Assembly (NCBI GenBank): GCA_000182565.2
Contig: KQ257462.1
Source of the DNA: Spizellomyces punctatus DAOM BR117
Lineage: Eukaryota
DNA length: 64,000 nucleotides
Reading direction: 5' to 3' (one strand)
Under the pieces are notes generated by a model. The model was given only the letters and a program-made list of their open reading frames with translations, did no database searches and was not told the DNA's origin. The position numbers were made by a program, and so were the translations under genes. Shown here piece after piece: positions 52,903-64,000 of this stretch (position 1 is the stretch's first letter; the number at the start of each line of letters is the position of its first letter).

Positions 52903-55085
52903 TTCGGCTATATCGTTATTAAGAAAAAAGAAAGTGTTTTTGAAATGCGGGAGTTGCGTTGGTTTTGTTTGTGGACAACGGGAAGGTGAGCGCGCCTTTT
53001 GGGCTGCGCAATCTGTCGGAGGTTCACGTCATCCGTGATATTAGCACTTTATTGAAACCCGTCTCCCACCTGTGGACTATTCCAACTGCTGATTTTTAAG
53101 AAACAGATATTTCATATTGTCTTTATACTCTAGCAATTCTTTTTGTCTTTAGGAACCCCTTGTCCCTCGCATGCAAATAGTCTACATGAATACATAATTT
53201 GGTTAGATATGAGACATGTCATTCCCTGTCAATGGATGCAGAATAGTTGGACAAATAGTTGAACAATCATTCACTGTCTCTAGTTACTTCTTGAGACTAT
53301 CATGCATTTCAAGTCTGAAATACCATCTCCAGGAATCTTCCTTAATCGTCCTATGCATACACAAGCACTTTGACTGTCCCCACGCATGTATTGAGCGCAC
53401 TGTTCAATATTCATTCTCCTTGGCCAACTAGTCTCCCATTGCAGATTAATTCTTTATTATTGGATTTTAAGTATGGGACCTGCATATTCATTCCAATTAC
53501 CTAACTCTCATGTACAATGTTTAGATGACAGAAGCTGGATATTGCATATTGCCTTCAGCGCATAACCTTACCAGCGAGACATAGTATTCGCTAATGCTGA
53601 ATGCATTGAGGTAAAGAATATGATCGCCATGACTGGTTAGATGGCTTAAGAAGGTGTCAGGCGAAAAGTCCCAGCAATAAATTGTGGTTATGGTATGTAA
53701 ATGTGGTCGCCACGATGATATTTCAAGTAAACCAAATGAAATGCCCCGTTTTGACAGAGTAAGAATGGTTTGTGGCATTTGAGTGGAGGATGCTTTATCC
53801 TAGTGATTTTCTAATTCATCGCAACAACTGTGCATTCGTGTATGGAAGAATCATCTGTGCAAGTCTGATAGACAAATGATAGTTTCCCCTTCTGACCTCA
53901 AATTCACTATTTGTCACGAATCTATTTTTGCTTGCACGAAGGGTCAAGAGGTGGACAAAGTCTTGACAACTCTGACAATCCTTTTATTCGTTGGACAAAC
54001 CCATTGTAGCAACGGCTGTCAACATGGTGTCCGTTTCAGGTAAAGAAATAACTGCAAAGTGTGAGATTAGAACACTCAACACTGGCCTTGCACTCTATGG
54101 ACAATTTACGTATCTTAATGTCATCTTGCTGAATTTTCAGACACAGTCGTCGTTGAACATCACACCTTACAACAACAACATGTCCAATTATTGTGAATAT
54201 GAGTGGGAGCACTTGCGATCATCCGAGGACGGTGCAAGTCAGTGGCAGAATAAGCGAGACGTAAACTCGGATTGTTCATTATGTGGAGTGACGTTGACGG
54301 GAGTTCATTGTCATGTTGATAGGAGGGTTAGGCCTAGTAGAGGCTGTGTTTTCTGTTTTGCCTTGGTGATGACATTGATGGTACTATGCCCCGGTAATAG
54401 TCGAGGGACGATGACAACTGTGAATGAGCATTTGAGAATTTCTGCCCAAAAGAGCTGTAGAGTGACTATTTTTCTAGAGTTCCTGGTGAGCTCAACATCT
54501 CGGCGTAAATGCCGTCAATTTCCCGGCGACCACACATGAGTTAAAAGGAAATGGAACCGATGACAAATGGATACATGATACAATCTACAGTATTGCCTTG
54601 TACCCAATTCTCTTACTACTGGAATTCCTTCTTGTTATCTGTTTCTCCCTTTGCTGACTTTTTGTCTCGCCTCGTATCCATCGAGTGTGATCACAGGGTA
54701 GAGCGTGACCATTCCTTCGATTCGCCCCGTGGAGGTCTAGACTTTTGAATTGCAGTTGGCAAAAAGGGCCCACTACCACAACCCACCCCCCATCTACCGC
54801 CAACTCCCCCAATTCTCCTCCACAAATGTGACAAGAGCCTGTATTGTAAAAAGCCCAAATCGAAAACCTCCAAACGATTCCAACCTCGACAATCACGTTA
54901 GAATGTGATTCCATCCCCATTGGATTGCGGATAATCGTCATGACGTAACAATGGTCGTCATCATGAATCCGCCTGTATGAAAGCGAGACTAGAAAGAGGT
55001 TTTCCACTCGTCCATCACTACTACAAGTCAAAACCGATTCGGAAGAAATCCATCTTTTCTTGAAAACAAATACTGAATATCTCTC

Positions 55086-55479
55086 ATGTCGTCCAACCAA
55101 AACGTCGCAGAACCCTCTCTTACTCATGGACATCTTCAGTACGCAAAGGGTGTCGTAGAGGTAGGCCAAGTGTTCACAACCACAAGCAGTTTTCCTAGAG
55201 CCTATATAAACAAACTTGTCGGCTTTATAGGAAACTATCGGTAATGTTACCGGAAGCGAAAGCTGGAAAACCTCTGGGCATACCGATAAAGCACAAGCAC
55301 AAGCTGAGCTGCAAGCGGCTGATAAACTCAGCGAGGAGAGTCGACAAGCCAACAACGCAAATCGGGATAGGAAGTGGTTGGAGAGGGAAGGGAAAGCTGA
55401 GGAAGTTGTTGGGAAGATTGGGGGATGTGGGGGGTTGCAGCATCATGGGCAGGAGAAGCAGGAAGCTAGTCATCGGTAG
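55086..55479 (+). CDS. Small hydrophilic CsbD/LEA-like stress protein (107 aa); exons 55086-55160 and 55231-55479; not in the ORF track
   Basis: MSSNQNVAEPSLTHGHLQYAKGVVE|ETIGNVTGSESWKTSGHTDKAQAQAELQAA...EGKAEEVVGKIGGCGGLQHHGQEKQEASHR*. Phase-0 GTAGGC..TAG intron; KG.VEETIG.VTG pattern typical of CsbD-like repeats. Confidence 0.75.
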
Positions 55480-55843
55480 ATTTGGTGTTTCTTTTTCTTT
55501 GTTTTTTTTTGCGTCAGTCAGCAATGCACTTTGGACAATGTAGTATTGAATCAAAGAGTTTGAACTGGTAGGAAAACTGTCTCTGGTGATTATATGAAAG
55601 ATCCTTTTGAGCGCCTGTTGGGTCCGTTTGCAAGGTTCTGATAGATGTGAAGCAACCCCATAATCCTTTTGGCAATCAGCAAGCCAGATTAAAGGTCAAC
55701 CATATAGAAAACCTCGACGGATTGCATTGCGCCTGAGTACATTACCAAAATCTATAGTGACTACGGATTCACATCTAAATATACAGTTCATTGGACAGAC
55801 CATTACACATATCAATAGATCCGTCTTCTATAAAACGGTTGTG

Positions 55844-58701
55844 CTAATTCTCCATAACACGACGCCTCCTTTCCAGATACTCAACCCCACTGATACCATT
55901 TTGCGCCAGCAAATCATCGAGCCTCTTCAGCTCTAGCAGCCTTTCACGCATTTTCAGATACTCTGGACCCGAAATAATATTTTGCGCCAGCAGGGCATCA
56001 AGTTCGGTCATTGACGACGGCGCCGATGCAATGGATGTAGGTGAGGATGGCAAGAACGAAAGCGACTTGGCAGCCGTCGGATTCATCGAATAAGGTGGCA
56101 GATGCGGGGCTGCTAAATTAGTGGGAGGAAGATGCGGCGCTGCCAGAGATGTAGGTACAAAGGTACTTTGGCTGTTCAAATCAAATGTTACTTTGGATCA
56201 TCCAAGAAATGAAGTACCGACAACAGATTCTGGTTCTTACCTGGGAGATACTCCAGGATCATATCCAGTAGACGGGCTCCGAACTCCGGGGCCGGCGTAA
56301 GTATTCGCCCCAGCACTGGAAATGCCAAAGGTTGGAGTTGTGACTGCGCGTCTTGGAATCTGCGCGTGCGGATGTCTAGCGACGGAATTAACGGGAACGC
56401 CAGCAGTGTTTCGCGCGGGAATCCTGTCAGAAACAGGCAACTGCCGCTGCTGTCCTCCATTACTGGGAAGACAGTGTGGCCCTCGAAGCGAGTCGATGCG
56501 CGATGGCCGGGGGAGGTCTTGTTCGAAGCCGTCGATCATATTTGTTCGGTCAATGCCATGAGGTTCAGGCGACGCAGCAAGTCTGAGTCCCATGAGACCT
56601 GAAGTCACCTCGGCGACAGTATCTGTAAGAAGAGGCGATGTGCATTGTGGGGACGTAGGAGTGGTAGGAAGCACATCAGGATTCACAGGTGTACTGCCAG
56701 GACTATCCAAAATACCCAACGGAAATGCCCCCTGTGCTAACGTTGTCAGCGAGTGTCCAAATCCCCAGCCGTCTGGCCAAGATTCACTAGTAGAAAAAGG
56801 AAACCGTGAATATAACAGATTCTAGTCACGGCGACTATCTCCGGCACTAGGTGATAGGAACGTAGTTCTACTCACAGTACTGATATAATGTCTCCTTCCG
56901 AAATACAAAGTTCGTCGGACTGTGCAGGCACATAATCATACATGGCTCTTCCTTGGCGGTAAGTGGGTTCTGGTTGTGCGTGCGCCGCGGTTGGTTGGCG
57001 AGCAAAGCGGCGCACAGTATGCTTTCGAGATGACTGGTCAGGAGGAGCGGACTCGACTGTTTGAGCAGGTTTAGGTGGGGTCGGTATCACGGTTTCTAGA
57101 GAAGATACGGAGCGGGTCTTTCCGAAAATGCTACTTCGTCCGCTTCCCCTTTTTTCGGCTGCAGGCGCAACCATACCACCGTGCTCTCCCGTAGATCCAC
57201 GATCTCGAATTGCTCTCTGTGGATGCATGTCACTACTACCGTTTCTTCCACTCGCAGCAGGTGAATGGGGAATCTGCAATTTGACCGGAAGCCAGATGGT
57301 CGCTGTCTGGGTGGTTTCTCTACCGTCTGCAGGCGTGTAAGCGGGACTGTATGTAATGGAGAATGAAATCTCGTGATTGATTGCAACGCAAGAGCCAGAG
57401 TCGCTGTTCAGGCACATGTGAGTTGCTGTTAAACTGAGGCTTTAGAGCGAGAGCAGAGTGTTTGCTAGTTTACCTGTAGGGTTGGGCGTACGTGTCTGGC
57501 CATGAAAACTCAATGGGGCTGCAAGAAGAATTGTAATCAAGTAAACATGTATCGCCCAGTTGCTCCCGATAGACTGATGTTCCTTCGGATTCTGATTTGC
57601 TGTATAAAATGTACATGAGCAACCGATGATTCATGGAGAAAAGCCAGAAGGCAAGATCAAAGTGTCAGGTTCTTGCTCACCGGAATGTATATACTTCGAA
57701 CCAGGTAGCTTCAACCTTGACAATAGCGATGCTGTCGGCTGGGTACAGCGAAATATTTCCAGGTATTGCGTCGTCCGTGTAATATGCCGGAGAGGGGAAC
57801 CTTGCCACATAGTTGATCGGGCCTAGGTTGGGCCATCAGCATTCCTTTCTTACACGCTATCACACACAAGGTCTTGAACCATCACGCACCATTATCTGCG
57901 CAACCATCCACCTTTTTGTCGATTGGCTCAACCCTGTTGTGGCGTCGTCTAGCAAATACTTCCATGCACTCTACTAGTACTGGGCTAGTACGCTGAGAAC
58001 CTCTGAGACAGGCAAATAGGAGGTGCGTAATGCTGTTTTCTTGGTTTGGAGCGTCGATGTGGACGGTGGGAGGTAGACTCTTGGGAAAGGGAAGGGAAAA
58101 GGCAAATGTTTTGCTAGTGAAAAGTTTTGAGATAAATGCAAAAATGTCACAATACTGTAAACGAGAACGCAGCTTACCTTCCCGGCGCAATGGCTTTCAA
58201 GTCTGCGCAGACGACTGCAACGTTTCTTCCAAGTGGCCTGGCATGGATATCTCCCGCTGCTGGGCTCTCTGGGTCTCGCACGGTTCTGACATCCTTTACG
58301 ATACCCTGCCCGCTAAGCAGCACCACCACGAGCCGCGATGCTGCACAAGGAGAGTTTTGGTTGTTGACGACTGTAATTGTGCCATTGAGTTTTGTCGCTA
58401 GGGGTGGCAAGGACACTATGGATGTGTTTGGGATAAGAGGATGCGGTTCACTGTCCGCGATAGCCAAGTGGAGGGCCAGAGGTCGGGCAGAGCTGGATAT
58501 CGAGGAGGTTGAGGAATAGCGGGAGGAAATGGAAGAGCGGCTAGAAACTGGAGGGACGCTATTTGTGCGGAACGAGTCGGGTCGATGTGTTTGGACAAAC
58601 GAGGAGGAGGAGGAGACGCGTGCTTGATGATCAGTGTTTTCTGCGACCCGCGCAGAGTCCTTTTTCTTTGCAAACGGTTTCAAGGACAGGAAGGAAGGCA
58701 T
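55844..58701 (-). CDS. Arrestin-fold protein with SH3 domain, PY-like motif and tandem SHOCT-like C-terminal repeats, multi-exon
   Basis: Arrestin-like KLNGTITV, FAFSLPFPKSLPPTV...SITHLL and INHEISFSITY...WLPVKL. SH3 RAMYDYVPAQSDELCISEGDIISVL|ESWPDGWGFG...GAFP. LPPY motif. 2x LD.LLAQN.ISG.EYL..R.R. Confidence 0.75.
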
Positions 58702-59416
58702 GTTTCCAATAAAGTTGTTGGAAGCATTTGAAATGTTATTTGAAAGCAACGAGCCCAGAGCCCAGACACGGGCATTAAACTGGCAAGAAAAATATGTAGA
58801 GTTCCTTTAAATTCCGTGTCTTTTGGTTGGGATCAACTAGTCAATTAGACAAAAGGAAAAAAAAAAAAAAAGGGAGCAGGAGGAGGAGGAAATGTGTTTG
58901 GTAACAAGCTTTGAGAAAAGAAAGAACGACGAGAGAAAAGAAGGGCCCCTCCTCCTCCTCCTCTTGCAAGTAGATCATTTGCAAAGCAACGAATTTCAGA
59001 GGTGTGAAGGTGTGATAAATTTTGTTGCCAGTTCCATCCTATTGCCCAACTCAGGATTTTGTCCCTGCGCGCCCTTGGCCTCCTTCCTTCCTCCTTTTTT
59101 CGCTTTGGTCGGCCTGGACTCTGCCCCATCCAAGCCCACATTGCTACGCAGCCGCACATGCTGAGAGATCTTTCTCCCCGAAAATGACCAAGGCCGTGGT
59201 GGTTCGTCCTTTTTTTTCCCTTTTGGCTCCAAACGTTCTCGCCCAAAAAAAGACCGCGGAGTCGGGCTTTGGAATATGGGAATTTGATGGAGGTGGAAAA
59301 CCGCCCGTAATAGACACTTTTTAAAACGTCCAGTTTGCAACTTGCTATAAAATCCTGCTGTTTTTGCCATTCTCCCTTTCGTTTGTAACTGGGTGACTGC
59401 ACGATAAGGTTGCAGG

Positions 59417-62400
59417 ATGCGTTTCTTTTCTCTAACCCAGTGCACATGCGCCCTCCTTTTGGCCATCACTTTGCTGCCATACCTCAGCTGTGCCCAAGAA
59501 TTCCGCTCCATTGATGGAACAGGCAATAATGCAGACAACAAGGCGTTTGGAAGTGTCAACTCAACATTTGCGAGAACCTTGGGGGGGTATAATGCCAATG
59601 CTTTGACGTCGGGTTTGCCGGACGCCCGCGCCATTTCTAATGCCCTCGCGGGTGTGGTTGCGCCGATAGTGAGTCCGAGAAATATTACAGAGTTGGTAAG
59701 GTCTGATTGATCTCAAAGATATCGTCCATAAATATGATGCTCAATGTGTTCCGTTTAGTTTACATATTGGGGAGAATTCATGGCGACTGGTACGTCGTAA
59801 TGTAAAAGGAGAACCATTCATGTATAGACACTTGAGAAAGAACTTTTGTATGCTCTTAGATCTCTCGCATATCATCCGATCATCAAAACCAACCAACGCG
59901 ACTTTCACTTTACCTGCCAATGGACCATTGCCTCCTGCACCCGCAAACGAATCATTTACGTTTGGTGCAACTGACAGTACCAACAGCGCTCCGCCGGACC
60001 AAATCAACCATGCAACAGCATTCCTGGATGCTTCCAACATTTACGGGACCGATCCTGCCGTGCTGGCCAGCCTCCGGGCTCCTGGTGGCAAACTGGCGCT
60101 TCGGTCTGATCGACTACCGCTTGTCGTAAACGGCACCAACGACATCCGCACGCAGACGGTTCGAATTAATGGGGGCCTCCCATTGGACGTTTTTGGCTTT
60201 GGCCTAGTGAATGGGAATACAAGTCCCATGTTGCAGGTAACATTGGCTGCAATCAGTATCATGAAAGACCAAGGTTGCTAAAGAGTAATTCACTACTAGT
60301 GCCTGTACATTATTTTTATGCGTGAGCATAACCGTTACGTGGACGAGCTTGTACGAAACGGAACAAAGGCGAATGACGAACAATTATTTCAGCTGGGACG
60401 CCAGCATGTCATTGCGCTTATTCAACACATTTCGTACTACGAATACATTCCGGTGCTGTTTGGGGCAAATCTGTTGACGAACCCGGCTTATAACCGCGCT
60501 TTGGATCCCGCGATGGAAGCACTTTTCTCTACCGTCGCATTTCGCTGTATGTGATTGTCAGAGTTGGCTGTTTAATTTAAAGTTTGACAATTAACAACTC
60601 CGTTTTCGTACAGACGGGCACATGGAAGTCACATCTACGCAGATCATGCTCAAAGATGGCAAGCCAACTGAATTCAATCTGGTCGACGTTTTCTACAATA
60701 TCCAACCTGTGCTCCAGCACGGCATCTTCCCATTTTTCGCTGGTACGCTGTGTTTCCCTTGTGACTGTACTTGAATTCGGATTCACACCACAATCCCTAA
60801 GGCATGACCAAACGAAGCCAGCTTATTCCAAAGCTGTACGTTGTCCCCGAACTCCGAAATGTACTCTTTGGCAATCGACCGATGGACCTATTCGCCATTG
60901 ACATTCAACGTTCCCGTGAGTTTGGTTCGCCGTTATATAACGATGCTCGAAGAGCTCTCGGTCTCGCCCCTGCAGTAGACTTTACAGATGTCACCAAGAA
61001 CCAAGCTATTGCATCAACCCTACGAACGCTGTATGCAGGCGATATCAATAAATTGGATGCTATCGTGGGCGGACTTGCGGAGGATCACTCCCCGTCAAAC
61101 AATATTGGCGACTTGTTCACAAAGATTTTGATCTATCAATTTACAAAGACCAGAGATGGGGACCGATTTTGGTTTGAGAATGACGGTGTGTTGACTAAAG
61201 AGCACTTGGACGAAGTTCGGCATACGTATTTCCGGTAAGTAATTTCATGGAGTGTTTGCAAGTACGCACAGCGTGGTGCTTATGATGTGATCCAATCCAT
61301 TTTAGTGATGTGATCGCTCGGAACGTTCCAGAGATACCCCAAGAGACTGCCCAAAAAATGCTTCCACGCAATCTATTTCAAATCACAAATGATGCGAGTC
61401 TGGATGGCGGTATCCCGAACGGATTTGCGTATTCAAAGTCATATCTTGACAATAGATATCGGTTGTCATGGAACATTAACGACCGGGGCGGAAAGTCTGA
61501 AACTATTCGCGGATTGTTGGAGTGCGCCTCTGAAGGCTGGTGTGGCCTAGCGTTTGGGGAGGACATGACGGTCGCTGGTGAGTTCTTGATGCCAGTCGAA
61601 AACGCTCCGCGGAGATACATGTCGTAACAATTTCACCGCAGAATTCATGATTGTTCGTCCGGCGTCGAATGGGTCGCTCATTTTGGAGGAGCGTGATAGT
61701 GGTGGAGGTTTTGTCCGACCGGTTAGTGTTGCAGGCCAAACTTCCATTTTCTATCACATTTTGACCCTTTTGTCGTTAGGTCATGACGACTCGCCCACCC
61801 CTTGTGCAAGTCATTTCCAGCAGTTTCACAGGAGGCATCATGACACTTGAATTCCAAAGGGCGGTTCGTCGCGGTCAAGCTAGTTACAGTGAAGGAGGTG
61901 CTCTGCCAATTCTAGCCGCCTATTCTCCTCAAAAGGCCGTCGCCACGAACAACGACGAGTGGTTCCAGTTTCATCAAACGAACCGACAACGGATTCGATT
62001 AAACTTTGCAACAGGGGAGTCGACTGTCTCGGACAATGTAACACCCAGGCGAAGTGTGCATGGTATAGGAATGGCCCTTATTTGGGGCGTTGTCTTCCCC
62101 TTTGGAGTGTTTTGGTCCAGATATTTTAGGTATGTGCATGTTTGCATACCTGCTTCGCTGTTACGTTTATTCATTTAAAAATATACAGGCATCTTCCTGG
62201 GTGGATGCTCGTTCACATCCTACTTCAAAGCATTGGTTGCATCGCCGTCATTTTCTTGGCAGCTATTCCGCTTATCGATCCGCAAAACATGGGGATTACG
62301 ACCAATGCACCGCATTCGTACATTGGGATTATCCTCCTCGTTTTAGTCATCATTCAGTTGTTATTGGGAGGATTCAATCGACAGGTGAGCGCCAAGGCTA

Positions 62401-64000
62401 ATCAGATCTCGTATAGCAGGTAACGAGCATGTTTACTTATCATTCTCTTGCAGCGTCTTCGATGGGAGAAGCTGCGTGATGCCTCTCACTACATTAGGGT
62501 AGCCCACCATTGGGTCGGGCGTGGTATGATTTTGCTGGGACTTGCAAATATCGGATTTGGGCTTCGGCGCATCTATCCCAACAAAGACCCGTCGGATGGT
62601 ATCTGGTTGGTATACTATGTGGTCTTGGTATTTTGGGCTGCTCTCTTTGCCGCTCTCGAGGTAGGTAGCGCCTTTGTACCTATTAAATCACAACCACGGT
62701 CTCATGGTTCGCTCTATCCTCTACAGGTGTTCTTCCGCTTCAAGGTCCGCGCAACCCGCCCTGATGGACCGCAAATGCCTGTGCCTATTATGCAGCTCGA
62801 TGAGAATGGAAAAGACGGCACTCTTACTGTGATTCCCACTGTAACCCCCGTCATGGCCGCCATGTCTGCGCCGGTGCCGATGAAAAGGGACCCAAAAGAT
62901 CTCGAAAAGCAGCCACTCTTGAGAAGTTTCACGTGGAAGGATATTGACGACGCCGTCATTGGAGGGTATGCTACTGATATTTTTTCCCAGAATTTAGATG
63001 GATGTAGTCACTAACGACTTGCGCATTATTTTCGCAGCGAGCATTTGGTAGTCGGAAATGGACGCTGGGTATATGATATCCGACCCTGGCTCGCCCATCA
63101 CCCTGGTGGCCGACTAATTTTGGATACTGTGAATGGAACCGACATTACGATTGATTTCTTTAATGAATCAGACTTTGATGGTAACCTGGGACTGCAAGCA
63201 ACAAGCGGTAGATCAAACGACCAAGAGAAAGAATTTAGGGTGCTTCCCAATGCATTGGTACGGAACGGTACACCAAACGGGGATCATGAAGCATATGACG
63301 AAAGTGACTCGGTCATCAAAGTGAATCCTTTATTGCACAAACCATTTACGACATCTGGACCTATCGTTCACCATGAACTTTCTGTGGAAACCTTGAGAAC
63401 GAACAGCGAGGAAAAATCTGAAGAAGAGAGCGAACATTGGATTCCGCCGCCGGATATCAAAGCAGATGAATGGAAGGCAGTTCGAAGAGCTCGATGGACG
63501 CATGCCCACAGCAAATACGCCGCTGAAAAGCTCATTGGATTCATTATCGGCGAGATTTCATGCCCAAAAGTTCCATCAAAGTTTTATGATTCGGCGGATG
63601 GGTCACGATCTTTTGATCCATACGAGTACCGTCGATATGCAATGGTCCATAAACAGCTAGTGACTTCCAAATCAGCCAAACGTGCAGTTTACCGTGTCAA
63701 ATTCGCGCTGTTATATCCTTTCCAAGGGTTGCGTGAGAATGAGCCAACAAGTTTTCTTCCGGGGCAGTGCGTAGAAATTGCCGATCGCATCCAAGGACAG
63801 ATTGTCACACGGTTTTATACGCCTGTCTCTGGCAGTCCTAGTTGCTTTGAAGTGTTGATCAAAGTCTATCCGGAAGGATTGATGGGACAGCATATCCACA
63901 AGCGCAAACCAGGCGACCGGCAGCTTAAGGTTCGTGGTCCATTTGCCGAGCCTTTGATCAACCCTCACCCGCCATTGAGAGGATTGCATGCGGGATGCTG
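59417..64000 (+). CDS. Multidomain membrane oxidoreductase: signal peptide + peroxidase-cyclooxygenase-type heme domain + DOMON + cytochrome b561 + cytochrome b5 + FAD-binding (b5-reductase-like) domain; at least 12 exons, runs off the window end
   Basis: Exons ~59417-59695, 59759-59789, 59860-60236, 60300-60546, 60614-60742, 60802-61234, 61306-61577, 61642-61721, 61780-62129, 62189-62384, 62454-62660, 62727-62965 and 63038->64000 join in frame. Motifs: FRSIDGTGNN, TAFLDASNIYG, REHNR, AFRYGH, DIQRSRE, RDGDRFWFEN; GWCGLAFGEDM...QFH; four b561 His; VYDI..WLAHHPGG; RFYTP, KVYPEGLMG, VRGP. Confidence 0.9.

Noticed and set aside
53000-55000. Possible degenerate transposon (ORFs 53991-54539 and 54585-55355)
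   Set aside because: No terminal repeats or transposase/RT motifs; the minus-strand ORF is partly the antisense shadow of the CsbD-like gene.
25103-58701. Apparent enrichment of ubiquitin/SUMO genes (Ulp1-like, DSK2, F-box, NTA1, arrestin) and thiol-redox genes (GILT, SelO, ChaC) as a functional cluster
   Set aside because: They are interspersed with unrelated genes over more than 30 kb and belong to common categories; there is no evidence of co-regulation.

Overview
Eukaryotic, intron-rich genomic DNA with short GT-AG introns (mostly 50-110 nt) and high gene density. The gene repertoire points to an early-diverging fungus, probably a chytrid; this is an inference and was not searched. I reconstructed about 23 spliced protein genes and one tRNA-Lys(CTT): MARK/KIN1-type kinase, IQ-CH-RhoGEF, PPR protein, cyclophilin B, PAT1, Nrg1-like C2H2 factor, hotdog thioesterase, CRAL-TRIO/GOLD protein, Ulp1-type protease, SDR, DSK2, F-box protein, GILT, two Pho80/PCL cyclins, SelO, GATA factor, PLAC8, NTA1, ChaC, a CsbD-like peptide and an arrestin-SH3 protein. 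The standout is the last gene (59417 to beyond 64000). It is a single spliced reading frame joining a signal peptide, a peroxidase-cyclooxygenase-type heme domain that has lost its distal His/Arg, a heme DOMON, a cytochrome b561, a split cytochrome b5 and a b5-reductase-type FAD domain. That reads as a self-contained transmembrane electron chain, analogous to DUOX but built from different parts. No mobile elements, CRISPR arrays or rRNA were recognised. Exon boundaries were read by eye and may be off by a few nt.
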